Shown: positions 41,835 through 53,767 of the stretch, one piece after another
How the letters are laid out: every line of letters begins with the position of its first letter
Numbering within the stretch: position 1 is the stretch's first letter
From: Eledone cirrhosa
Lineage: Eukaryota
Length of the DNA stretch: 64,000 nt
NCBI GenBank assembly: GCA_964016885.1
Contig: OZ024752.1
Location: 11,532,001-11,596,000, forward strand
Reading direction: 5' to 3'
The notes under the pieces: model-generated
Databases searched by the model: none
The model's input: the letters and a program-made list of their open reading frames with translations, nothing else
What the model was told of the DNA's origin: nothing
Program-made: the position numbers and the translations under genes

Positions 41835-42352
41835 GATTTCTTGTATAGACACAAGGCCAGTAATTTTGGGGAAGGGGAAAGTCGATTAAATCGACCCCAG
41901 TGCATTACTGGTACTTTATTTTATCGACTGGCAACGATGAAAGGCAAAGTTTAACCTCGACGGGATTTGAACTCAGATAATAAAGAGCCGTAACTCTATG
42001 CTGCAAAGCATGGCGTCCGACCATCTACCGATACTCCCAATCCACTGTAATAATAATTGCTTCTAATTTTGGCACAAGTCCAGCAATTATCCCAGTGTAT
42101 TACTGGTACTTTATTTTATCGACCCTGTAAGGATGAAAGGCAAAGTTAACCTCGGCGGGATTTGAACTCAGATCATTAAGGGAGGTAACTCAATGCTTCA
42201 AAGCATGGAGTCCGACCCTCTGCCGATACTGCCAATCCACAATGGTTTCTTATACAGACACAAGGCCAGGAATTTGGGTGGAGGGGAAAGTCGATTAAAT
42301 CGACCATAGTACGTTATTGTTACTGTATCTTATCGACCCTGTAAGGATGAAC
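41835..42352 (-). mobile_element. Three tandem SINE S1 copies
   Basis: Consensus match. Confidence 0.85.
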
Positions 42353-42355
42353 TGC

Positions 42356-42416
<61 letters not shown>

Positions 42417-42422
42417 AAGTTT

Positions 42423-42490
42423 GTCCTCATCAGTGGCCATCCAACCGTCGTAGGCATTTCGTCGCATTAAAGGCCATATACCTCAGGTTG
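42423..42490 (-). ncRNA. Non-circularly permuted hammerhead-like RNA (inverted copy)
   Basis: Reverse complement of 43393-43461. Confidence 0.65.
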
Positions 42491-43392
42491 ATGCGAGCAA
42501 CGGCTAAAAAAAGTCATTGGGACACGTAAATAAAGGGGACGCTAGGGTAAACAAACAAAATGGTTTAAGCAGCAGAAAGTGATGAAGAAGGAAACAAGTC
42601 CCAGATTTCTATAAATATAAATTCGGTGGAATCGTGAACGAGAGAATAAAGACCATCAAACCTGGTTGAAATGTGAGCAAGGAAGGAATTTCGCACAGGT
42701 CTAACGGGAGGAAGAAGGGGTCTGGTCTGCGAATTCGGTAAACATAAGTTCTGTGAAGTCGCAGACGAGAGAGAGAGAAAAGTATATGGCCTTTAATGCG
42801 ACGAAATGCCTACGACGGTTGGATGGCCACTGATGAGGACAAACTTTTTCATATGTAACCCATTTGCAGCGCCGCAGCTCCATTATTATCATATTTACAC
42901 ATATATTTTTTCCTCCGCTGCCACCAGTCTGTTTCGTTCTTTGTGTCTTTACCCTTTCTCGCAGTCTCTCTCTCTGTTAGCCTCTTCCTCACCTTTCACT
43001 CACTCACTCTCTGTCACTACCTCTCCTCCTCCCCTTTCTTCCCGTTTGACCTGTCCGTAATCCTTTTCTCGCGGGCACTTGGCCAAGCCGGTATGAATTT
43101 TTTTTCTCTCTCTCTCGTCTGCGACTTCACAGAACTTATGTTTACCGAATTCGCAGACCAGACCCCTTCTTCCTCCCGTTAGACCTGTGCGAAATTCCTT
43201 CCTTGCTCACATTTCAACCAGGTTTGATGGTCTTTATTCTCTCGTTCACAATTCCACCGAATTTATATTCATAGAAATCTGGGACTTGTTTCCTTCTTCA
43301 TCACTTTCTGCTGCTTAAACCATTTTGTTTGTTTACCCTAGCGTCCCCTTTATTTACGTGTCCCAACGACTTTTTTTTAGCCGTTGCTCGCA

Positions 43393-43461
43393 CCAACCTG
43401 AGGTATATGGCCTTTAATGCGACGAAATGCCTACGACGGTTGGATGGCCACTGATGAGGAC
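43393..43461 (+). ncRNA. Non-circularly permuted hammerhead-like RNA
   Basis: ccaacc-tg-aggta-TA-tggcc-tttaatgcgac-GAAA-tgcct-acgac-ggttgg-at-ggcca-CTGATGA-ggac. Confidence 0.7.
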
Positions 43462-43508
43462 AAACTTTTTCATATGTAACCCATTTGCAGCGCCGCAGCT
43501 CCATTATT

Positions 43509-43547
<39 letters not shown>

Positions 43548-43936
43548 TTATTAAAATAACAGATTAAAGACGATACTTTGGTTCGTGGTAACGTTCGCTG
43601 GCAAAGAACGGGAAAAAAACGAATAATACGTCATTAATAGATCGTCTTCCTGTCTTCCTCCGGTTGCAACGTTTTTTGAAATATCCAGTTCTGCGTTTAC
43701 AGATTGACTTTGTTAGTTTCAGAAGATCCCGTTAAGGGTGAAAGCAGCGATTCTTTGCTTAAACTTTAATCTGTTATTTTAATAAATATTTGCTCTACGG
43801 TTCTTATATATTTGATATATATTTTCCTTATCGAGCCCTCTTTGGATTTTAGTCTTCAATTTTATTATTATTACTATTACTATATATATATATATATATA
43901 TGAAAAGTGTAATTTTCTACACAAAACGAAGGTTAT

Positions 43937-44439
43937 AGAGAAAATTGAGGTTGGTAATGGCACATGGAATATATAAGAGACAGAATACTTTTTTGTGAAA
44001 AAACATAATTTTATAAGGTAAGGAAATAATAAAGGGTATAAAAAATGACCGGTTTCGATGGGTCTGCAAAAGCCATCTTTTCAAATGTTGATTAATATTA
44101 AGAAAAATTAATAATACGAAGAGTTAAAATTTGAGACTTGAAAATTCAAGTATAAAATTCATTGTGGGATTTCATAGCAGTTTTCATCTAGGTAGCAACA
44201 ACAGGTTGACTGCTGTGTCCCTTTCTGGTAGTGAATGAGAAGTTATTTGGGGTGTGGGTTATTTTATAAAGGTCAGATTTAGCAATCGCCAGCTGCTGGT
44301 CAGTGAGGGGGTGGAAGCAATATACACACACATATATCTTCCTGTGATGGGTAGGAGAGTGGAGCGTGATAGAAAAGGATTTAGTGCACTTACACCTATA
44401 TATACACACATACCTTCATCCACACATACATACATATAC

Positions 44440-44482
<43 letters not shown>

Positions 44483-44545
44483 CACACATACATACACACA
44501 CACATACATATACATACACACATACACACACACACACATATATAT

Positions 44546-44612
<67 letters not shown>

Positions 44613-44651
44613 TATATATACATACACATACATCCAGATTCACACATACAT

Positions 44652-44743
<92 letters not shown>

Positions 44744-44776
44744 CCCCACACATATATATATATATATATATGTGTG

Positions 44777-44809
<33 letters not shown>

Positions 44810-44848
44810 ATGTATGTGTGTATCTGGATGTATGTGTATGTATATATA

Positions 44849-44901
<53 letters not shown>

Positions 44902-44970
44902 ATGTGTATATATATGTGTGTGTGTGTGTATGTGTGTATGTATATGTATGTGTGTGTGTATGTATGTGTG

Positions 44971-45011
<41 letters not shown>

Positions 45012-45514
45012 GTATATGTATGTATGTGTGGATGAAGGTATGTGTGTATATATAGGTGTAAGTGCACTAAATCCTTTTCTATCACGCTCCACTCTCCTAC
45101 CCATCACAGGAAGATATATGTGTGTGTATATTGCTTCCACCCCCTCACTGACCAGCAGCTGGCGATTGCTAAATCTGACCTTTATAAAATAACCCACACC
45201 CCAAATAACTTCTCATTCACTACCAGAAAGGGACACAGCAGTCAACTTGTTGTTGCTACCTAGATGAAAACTGCTATGAAATCCCACAATGAATTTTATA
45301 CTTGAATTTTCAAGTCTCAAATTTTAACTCTTCGTATTATTAATTTTTCTTAATATTAATCAACATTTGAAAAGATGGCTTTTGCAGACCCATCGAAACC
45401 GGTCATTTTTTATACCCTTTATTATTTCCTTACCTTATAAAATTATGTTTTTTCACAAAAAAGTATTCTGTCTCTTATATATTCCATGTGCCATTACCAA
45501 CCTCAATTTTCTCT
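43937..45514. repeat. Approx. 1.58 kb near-perfect palindrome with U3-A8 hammerheads at 44042-44089 (-) and 45362-45409 (+)
   Basis: Arms include mirrored microsatellite; aacat-TTGAAAA-gatgg..ccatc-GAAA-CCGG-TC-atttt. Confidence 0.9.
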
Positions 45515-45620
45515 CTATATATATATATATATATGGAGAATAGGACTGGCTGTGTAGTTGCTAGTTAAGGTAGCTTAAAATGGAGTGAGAATAAGAAGAA
45601 AGCAAGAACGGGGGGGGGGG

Positions 45621-45691
45621 GTTCTTCATCAGTTGTCTACTGGGGGTCTCGGATATTTCAACGCTTTAATGACAAGATATCTACCCCCCAG
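45621..45691 (-). ncRNA. Non-circularly permuted hammerhead-like RNA
   Basis: Minus strand: ctgggggg-ta-gata-TC-ttgtc-attaaagcgtt-GAAA-tatc-cgaga-cccccag-ta-gacaa-CTGATGA-agaac. Confidence 0.7.
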
Positions 45692-45835
45692 AGCGTTCAA
45701 TAACTGCGTAAGTTATTGGGAAAACGGAGGGGGGAGGAAAATAGAAGGGAAAGGGGAAGAAAAGAGAAAACAGCAAAAAAAAACAACAAACCAAGCAATG
45801 TGTGAGCAACTTAAGGTAACAAAATCCAAAATCTC

Positions 45836-45884
<49 letters not shown>

Positions 45885-46023
45885 AAAGAGAGAGAGAGAG
45901 AGAGGGGGGGGGAGAGAGAGATTCCTCATCTTTTTCTCCCCTGTTCTTCATCCTTTCCCTCTCTTTTCTCTTTCTCTCTCCTTTTCCACCTGGCCTTTTG
46001 ATTAATAAAAGGCTTCGGGCGCA

Positions 46024-46101
46024 CCCGAACTACACCGATGTCCTGTAATTCAGCGCCGAAACATCGGTTCGGGATCATTTACAGCTGACGATGGAAACTC
46101 C
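46024..46101 (+). ncRNA. Non-circularly permuted hammerhead-like RNA
   Basis: cccga-actac-accgatg-TC-ctgtaa-ttcagcgcc-GAAA-catcggt-tcggg-atcat-ttacag-CTGACGA-tggaaactcc. Confidence 0.7.
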
Positions 46102-46419
46102 TTTCTTCCTTCTTCCTCCTGTTCCGTCCTAACCACCATCCTAAACCTTGTTTTTAGTAACCACACAGCTCCTTTCGTTTCATAACTCTTTATATATATA
46201 TATATATACAAATAAATTATCGAGAATCGGAATCTCGGCCCACGAAATAACGAAACACAATCTTCGAAATGCATGGCAAGGGGCTCAATAGTTTGGATAA
46301 ACCAGAGCTATAACTATCGTTTAAATACCAACACACAGAGACAATGCTTAAAATCATTCGCACAGCCGAAAAAACGACCAGGAAAATTCGGGTCATACAA
46401 ATAATAAATTAATAAATTA

Positions 46420-46456
<37 letters not shown>

Positions 46457-46616
46457 ATAATAATAAATGTGAAGACTAAAATCCAAAGAGGGCTCGATAA
46501 GGATAAATATATATCAAATATATAAGAACCGTAGAGCAAATATTTAGTTAGTTTCAGAAGATCCCGTTAAGGGTGAAAGCAGCGATTCTTTGCTTAAACT
46601 TTAATCTGTTATTTTA

Positions 46617-46657
<41 letters not shown>

Positions 46658-46758
46658 CAAAAGGCCAGGTGGAAAAGGAGAGAGAAAGAGAGAAAAATGG
46701 GAGAGAGAAAAAGAAAAGAGAGGGAAAGGAGGAAGAACAGGGTGGAAAAAGATGTGAG

Positions 46759-46792
<34 letters not shown>

Positions 46793-47242
46793 TAGTGTTT
46801 GTTTTAAATACATTTGTACTTAAACCTGACAAACATTAGTTGAATGGGCGTTCCATATTTTTGTTAAGAAAAAGCGGCAATGACGTACCTCTTTGTTGTC
46901 AAGTAAGTTGTGCAGAATGTCTGGATATTGCTTATTTACAAAGTTTCTATAACTACTTGACTTATAGCTGAAAGTAACCGGATTTTCTCTTCATTCAAAT
47001 TCATAAGAAAGGAGTTATTTGATGATGAAATTATATATAATTGAGTGCTATTGGGTGTGTGCTTGTTATTATTACAGGTATTTGTAATTAAGTAGTTGGT
47101 GTGTGTATGTGTGTATGCATGTTTTATAATGAAGTTATTTATGATTTAGCCGTTGGTAGGCGTGTGTGTATATGTATGTTTAATATATACCTGCCAGATA
47201 CAAGCCAGATACAAGCACATACATACATATACAGACACGTAT

Positions 47243-47288
<46 letters not shown>

Positions 47289-47689
47289 CCAAAGACATGG
47301 ACTTCGTCTATTCAATTATTAATAACTTCATTATTAAAGGAAACGTCCTCCAGAAGGGAAATGTATAAATAATTAACTTCCAGAAACTCTACTCAGTCAG
47401 TTGAATCCACCAATTAAAATCATGGAAATCACAGCCATTTGTTTCTCGTCAGATCATATATTGCATTGTCAAGTATGAAATTTGTAGAAATTTATTTTTT
47501 GTCTACAAATTTCTACAAATTTCATACTTGACGGCCCAATATATTTACTGTTTGACTTATTTTTTGCAGTAACAAACTGTTTGGTAGAGCAGAACTGAAT
47601 GAAACTGTAAATATATATTATCAACTTCTACATTGGGTACTGATGGCTACTTTCTTTCTTTTGTACCTACTCAGGTATATATATATATA

Positions 47690-47985
47690 TAGAGAGAGAG
47701 AGGGAGGGATGAGAGGAAGAGAGGGTGAGAGAGAGGGGTGAGAGAAACGTAGGAGAGGGGTGAGAGGAAGAGAGGGGTGAGAGAAACGTAAGAGACGGGT
47801 GAGAGGAAGAGAGGGGTGAGAGAAACGTAAGAGAGGGGTGAGAGGAAGAGAAGGATGAGAGGAAGTGAAGAGTGAGAGGAAGAAAGGGATGAGAAATAGA
47901 GAGGGGTGAGAGGAAGAGAGGGGTGAGAGGAAGAGAAGGGATGAGAGGAAGGGAGGGATGAGAATGAAAGAGAGTGAGAAAGATA
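47690..47985 (+). repeat. Purine-rich minisatellite (gaggggtgagaggaaga-like)
   Basis: Direct observation. Confidence 0.8.
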
Positions 47986-48201
47986 TGACGATAGCGTGAT
48001 ACCAGTAATATAATACATTCCTGTAGAATATCAACTATTGGTAACATAGTTGTGTTTATTGAATCATAGTAGTGTATTATTATATCTTTCCATGTGAAAT
48101 TAGAGATTATATACACAAAATACTCACATATGTATGTATATATATATATATAAGAAAAATGGAGTGCTGCGTGGTTGCACATGGGTTACATATGAATAAA
48201 A

Positions 48202-48497
48202 TTAGTCCTTGATCAGTGATCTTCCAACCTTCATTGGTATTTCATCGCTTTAAAAATCATATATCTCTGGTTGGTGTGAGCAATAACTAAATAAAGTTAT
48301 TGGGACAGTAAAATAGCGTGAAGTGAGCGAGACAAGTAAACAAACATCTTTGTTTGTTTACTTGTCTCGCTTCACGCTATTTTACTTGTCCCAATAACTT
48401 TATTTAGTTATTGCTCACACCAACCAGAGATATATGATTTTTAAAGCGATGAAATACCAATGAAGGTTGGAAGATCACTGGTCAAGGACTAATTTTA
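48202..48497. mobile_element. Fold-back, diverged relative of the 42411-43512 family, with decayed permuted hammerheads (48205-48274 minus; 48420-48489 plus)
   Basis: ccaacc..TA-tgatt-tttaaagcgat-GAAA..ggttgg-aa-gatca-CTG(A/G)TCA-aggac; shared downstream catatgtaaccca. Confidence 0.7.
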
Positions 48498-48508
48498 TAT
48501 ATATATAT

Positions 48509-48731
48509 AAATATTCAATGATATTAAATAAATGGAAACTATATTTATAAAACCATATTTATTTTATTATATATACAAGGGTACCAAGACAACATTGGTA
48601 CGCTTTCATCAGATAAAATTTTATCTGATGAAAGCGTACTAATGTTGTCTTGGTACCCTTGAAATATATATAATAAAATAAATATGGTTTTATAAATATA
48701 GTTTCCATTTATTTAATATCATTGAATATTT
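48509..48731. mobile_element. Fold-back with hammerhead at 48619-48678 (+)
   Basis: ttttat-CTGATGA-aagcgtac..gtaccctt-GAAA-TATATA-TA-ataaaa; apex gataaaattttatc. Confidence 0.8.
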
Positions 48732-48838
48732 ACTCCAGTAAACTGTTGAGTGCTCTAAATCAGTTATAAACATTTATGTTTGTCGGACTTCAAACAAATT
48801 AAATACAACTTCTACTTATATATATATATATATATATA

Positions 48839-48871
<33 letters not shown>

Positions 48872-49018
48872 ATAAATATATATATAGTGATATATATATG
48901 GTGCGATAGTTTGCTTAAAGTATTGAAGAATATGAAAGCGAAAAGTGAAAATGAGCTTAGAAAGCCGTACAATGTATTATAGCCACTTTTCAGTTTTCAT
49001 GGCTATATATATAGATAG

Positions 49019-49072
<54 letters not shown>

Positions 49073-49378
49073 ATACACATATATGCAAACCTTGATACTT
49101 GGATACAATTATAGAAACAATCCAGATAAAATATGACGAAAATATATTTTTAGTACAATTTTGAGATCCACTTAGGAAGATGCATGAATACATTAATACC
49201 AATGTATTATAGGCTTTCTTTGTTACTGCGTGTTACATATTTTGGTACTCGGGTCATTCGGTTACCATCACATTAGGTCAATTTGTATCAGAATAATTTT
49301 GTACAGATAATATATATAATCATGGAGCGAAGGTTATCGAGTAGAAGGAACACACCTTCCGTTGTTTTCTCACTCACT

Positions 49379-49451
<73 letters not shown>

Positions 49452-49458
<7 letters not shown>

Positions 49459-49672
49459 TAAACGGAATAGAAAATGCTGACAAATTGTTCACAGTTGAAA
49501 AATGGTTTAATTAGGAATAAAAGAGTATTAGTGATTGTATGGGTTAGTATTCAGTTGTGGTTCCACAACTGAATACTAACCCATACAATCACTAATACTC
49601 TTTTATTCCTAATTAAACCATTTTTCAACTGTGAACAATTTGTCAGCATTTTCTATTCCGTTTACCAATATA
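49452..49672. repeat. Perfect approx. 220-bp palindrome adjacent to (TA)n
   Basis: Apex cagttgtgg-tt-ccacaactg at approx. 49561. Confidence 0.9.
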
Positions 49673-49703
49673 TAATAACTTGTGTGTTACACTTCTATTC
49701 TTT

Positions 49704-49737
<34 letters not shown>

Positions 49738-49739
<2 letters not shown>

Positions 49740-49929
49740 ATAGAAGGAGCTTCTACAGGACTAGTACTGTTTCATTCAGATGAAATCTTCAGAGCTTCCT
49801 GAAGATTTCATCTGAATGAAACAGTACTAGTCCTGTAGAAGCTCCTTCTATAAAATAATAAAATTTTACTCTGCCATGTATTGAGTACCTTACTTACTGT
49901 GGTTATCCCCGACTCAACCCGGGACCTAC

Positions 49930-49930
<1 letters not shown>
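49738..49930 (+). mobile_element. Family C fold-back with hammerhead at 49792-49844
   Basis: gagcttc-CTGAAGA-tttc atct gaat-GAAA-cag tactagtc ctg-TA-gaagctc. Confidence 0.85.
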
Positions 49931-49990
<60 letters not shown>

Positions 49991-50175
49991 TTTGTTGGTT
50001 CACCACTGGGTAGAACTGCTCATTCCGTATGGTCAACCTCGATGTAATATTATGGAGAGCACTCAACGTAATGCAACTCACCCGTCTTCGTTTGTGTAGT
50101 TGGTGGTGCGAGTACGGAGTTAATTATTTTAAATAACAGGAGGCTAGACTGGTGTAAATCCTTGGAAGGTTTATT

Positions 50176-50233
50176 ATACTATGATCATTTCAATCACCGG
50201 ATTCATACTGAATCCGGTGATATCATCAGGTAT
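50176..50233 (-). ncRNA. Minimal type-I hammerhead
   Basis: Minus strand: atac-CTGATGA-t atcaccggattca gta tgaatccggtgat t-GAAA-TGATCA-TA-gtat. Confidence 0.85.
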
Positions 50234-50288
50234 TCAAAATATAACAAAGGAATATAACAGATAATATCCATGGGGCTGAAAATCTGAG

Positions 50289-50336
<48 letters not shown>

Positions 50337-50337
<1 letters not shown>

Positions 50338-50516
50338 GTTATTCCGGGTTGAATCGGAGGTAACCACAGTAAGTAAGGTACTCAATACATAGCAGAGTAT
50401 AAAAGTTTTAATATAGATGAGATTCTACAGGACTAGAACTGTTTCATTCATTAGAAATCATCAGGAATGCTGATGATTTCTAATGAATGAAACAGTTCTA
50501 GTCCTGTAGAATCTCA

Positions 50517-50522
<6 letters not shown>
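50337..50522 (-). mobile_element. Family C fold-back with hammerhead at 50422-50468 (-)
   Basis: Minus strand: attc-CTGATGA-tttc taat gaat-GAAA-cag..ctg-TA-gaat; compensatory stem I change relative to other C copies. Confidence 0.8.
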
Positions 50523-50547
<25 letters not shown>

Positions 50548-50964
50548 TCATTCATTTGCTTATTCCATGCGCTAAATATTAACTTCCTCTAATATTTAAC
50601 CCTGCTAACCCAAGCATCGAGCGCACTACGCTTCGTCTTTTGGCATTTAGTATTCTGTATCGCAGCTCTTTGTATGTATATATATATATATACCAGAGGG
50701 CGTTAGCCCTGCTGTTTTTTGCATAGCTACGGCTTCCTAAATATTTATCCTGTAAACATACTGTATTTGTTTAAAAATACGAAATTTCTATACTTATTTG
50801 TATAAAGTTATGCTTGAAGCTAAATCCTATTTCTGTTCTATTATAAGTTGAGCCAACTTAAGCAGCTTCAAATGCAAATGAGGTTAATCACCTTATTTAC
50901 ACAGACGAGAACACTATATATTCTCGACTGTTCTCAAGTCCAGCAGTCGCAAGCGTTAGAGGCT

Positions 50965-51006
50965 TCGTCCTGAGGAAGACTAGTTAAGTCTGAAATGCAT
51001 CGACGA
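50965..51006 (+). ncRNA. Minimal type-I hammerhead
   Basis: tcgtc-CTGAGGA-agact agtta agtct-GAAA-TGCA-TC-gacga; all stems perfect. Confidence 0.9.
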
Positions 51007-51155
51007 TTGTCCCCCCTGCTTCTACTGGACACCACCAGAGGGCCTTAGCCCGGGTGTTTTTGCATAGCTACGGCTTCCTAAATGTAAACATACCGTTGGT
51101 CGAAACTAAATCCTATTTCTCACTCTCTCTCTCTATCTATCTATCTATCTATCTA

Positions 51156-51234
<79 letters not shown>

Positions 51235-51840
51235 GTAATAAACTAAAGATTTATACTTTATATCATCTCTATTTATTTCATTATATATATTTCGAAGATG
51301 TAAGGTTTTCTGTATTACATAAAGCAAAACATGTCCTCCTCAGACAAAATACATAGAAAGTGTATAATTGTTTCCTGATATGTTGGTAGTAAAACAAGCT
51401 GGACAGATCGGTGACCACCAGACATATGACTAGAAAAACCTCGCCACATAAGGGGTTTACGTGATTGGGGGAAACATTACAGTTGGTTTAAAGATTTCAT
51501 AAATTATTTAAAATATACCGTAAATATATCTTTCGTTTATTACTATTATCATCATAATAGTACTCCGGATAAATTTATACCGTTGAGTGCTATATATATA
51601 TATATATATTAATGTAGGTGATTCAGATAGTCTATATATTAGAGAAAACGTGGAGGTTTCGTTTACATGTATAAAAATACTATTTTTTTTCCGTCACCTC
51701 GACACTCTGAAGAGCAAATCGAGAATGGAGTCGGTTCTTTAACTCCTATGGGTGACCTTGAGCTAATCCTCTGCGAAACGTGTGTAACAGGTCAATACAC
51801 AATAAAAATCTGATACATGTAAACGAAGGCTCTTCATTTC

Positions 51841-51905
<65 letters not shown>

Positions 51906-52944
51906 TATATGTGTGTGTGTGTATGTGTATACATATGTGTGTGTGTGTGTATACATATATGTGTGTGTGTGTATACATATATGTGTGTGTGTGTATACAT
52001 ATGTGTGTGTGTGTGTTTCAGTGGCTGTATCTGTATTTGTGTTCATGTGTGTAAGCTACTTTATCTCATCAATGTTAATAGGACGTCATTTTATATTTTT
52101 TATAAAATAAACTTCCAATTTAATGGATCATACTCCATAGGAATATTTAAGTATTAATATATAAGTATTTAAATATTAAAATCTAATCTGACTACTGAAG
52201 AAACCGCTGTGTGCAAATGCTGCGATTACTCGACATTTAGCTATTTTACGAAGGCTGCCTCAATTAATTCCTTTTACCAGAAGGATATTACTTAATAATA
52301 TGGTTAATCTGGGTTTCGTGAATTGACAATTTATCCAGACAAAACTTTAACCTCTTGCCTTCCATTTACCAGGCACAGAAAAGAATTTCTGAAAATTACT
52401 TTCAACAGTTAATACTGATATTGTGGCGTGTTGGTTTAACTATATATAGCGCATTCATTCCCAGAGTTTGCTTCCTCATAACTACTATAATAATGAATAT
52501 TTTAAATGAAATTTCCAGAGATATGTTTCCGATTATATAGACAGCTGGGAATCGCCTATAAACATTTATTTTTATCGAAATACTCTTAATCTCAACTTTC
52601 GAAAACTTGCATTATTAAGGTCATTGTGCTATTTACTTATCCATACTTGAGAAACATCTGTTATATGCAATCGTTTTACAGGAATCGCCAAAAAAAGTGT
52701 TACATATAGCGAACAAGAACTATTTCTAGAATGGCCGAGAATGGCTGCTACGTAGTCTTGAGTTCAATCTTACTGCATAAAGCTGAATTCATTTACCAAG
52801 GATATATAACCAAGCATTCTTGGGTAGACAAGCATAACTTGTTGTTTTTTTGTGTGTCTCTTGTATAATACTACTACATGTTAGCTAAGGCAGATCAATG
52901 ATAGCTTTTAAAACGTTTTCACTTTCGGGACCTTTTGAGAATAC

Positions 52945-53570
52945 TCTTCTTCTTCTTCTTCTTCTTCTTCTTCTTCTTCTTCTTCTTCTTCTTCTTCTTC
53001 TTCTTCTTCTTCTTCTTCTTGTGTGGGTCGTGGGAGCAGACACGTGAAACACTCCTTCCAGCAGGTCCTGTCAGAAGTAACCATCTCCAACTGATCTGGC
53101 TGGGTCCCCAAGCGAGAGCAGCCAAGCTCGTGGATGTTATCCAACCCTCTTGCTCGCGATCTACCCCTGGGTCTCATATCAATTGGTTTTGCCCTTAAAA
53201 TCTGTCCAGTGATTCTTTCCTGAGACATTCTAACCATAGTATTGGAGCTGTGATCTCTCAATGCAGAGAAGTAGCGTCTCTACCTGGAGTGACTCTCTGA
53301 TCTTCGAGCTCCGCACTGTCCTTCTTCTTCCTCTTCGTTCACTTATTCTTGAGAGGGTCGTGGGGGCAAAGTCCTCAAAACATTCCTTCCAGCGGCTCCT
53401 GTCAGAAGTAACTATCTCCAACTGATCCGCCTGGATCCCCAAGTGTGACCATCCAAACTCATGGAAGTTATCCAACCATTTTGATAGGGGGTCGATCCTT
53501 GTGTTTCTTGTCGTTTCGTTTTGCCCTTAAAATCTGTCCAGCGACTCTCTCCTAAGACATTCTAACCATA
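52945..53570 (-). mobile_element. Two truncated RTE 3' ends with (GAA)n tail
   Basis: VRMSQERI...MRPRGRSRARGLDNI; homologous to 8187-9050. Confidence 0.8.
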
Positions 53571-53767
53571 TGATTTGTGAATTCTGTGGCTGTCTCTATA
53601 ATTTGTTTATATTTCGTTGTCGTCTGTAACATGAATTAAACACTTAAAAATTGTATCTTCCCTTTACTTTATAATGGCACTTCCATTCACAATCTCATCT
53701 CTTCAAATTCTCGTCAACATAAATATGCGTTGCTATTAATGACGATTCCAGCAATCATTATTTCTTC

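Larger units (their letters stand above)
42411..43512. mobile_element. (TA)n-bounded element with approx. 370-bp inverted duplication (42411-42780 vs 43104-43475)
   Basis: Arms are reverse complements with few substitutions; a third partial copy lies at 42782-42893. Confidence 0.85.

Noticed and set aside
43408-43430. Pistol ribozyme (UAAGCG-like linker)
   Set aside because: No pistol P1/pseudoknot architecture; the explicit CUGAUGA, GAAA and UH elements fit a hammerhead core
47365-47458. Minus-strand CTGACGA-gaaac...gtttct-GGAA-GTTAAT-TA
   Set aside because: Core and stem I both mismatched; plausible relic but not supportable
51702-51795. CTGAAGA-gca...tgc-GAAA-CGTG motif
   Set aside because: Stem II is plausible but there is no convincing stem I or cleavage triplet
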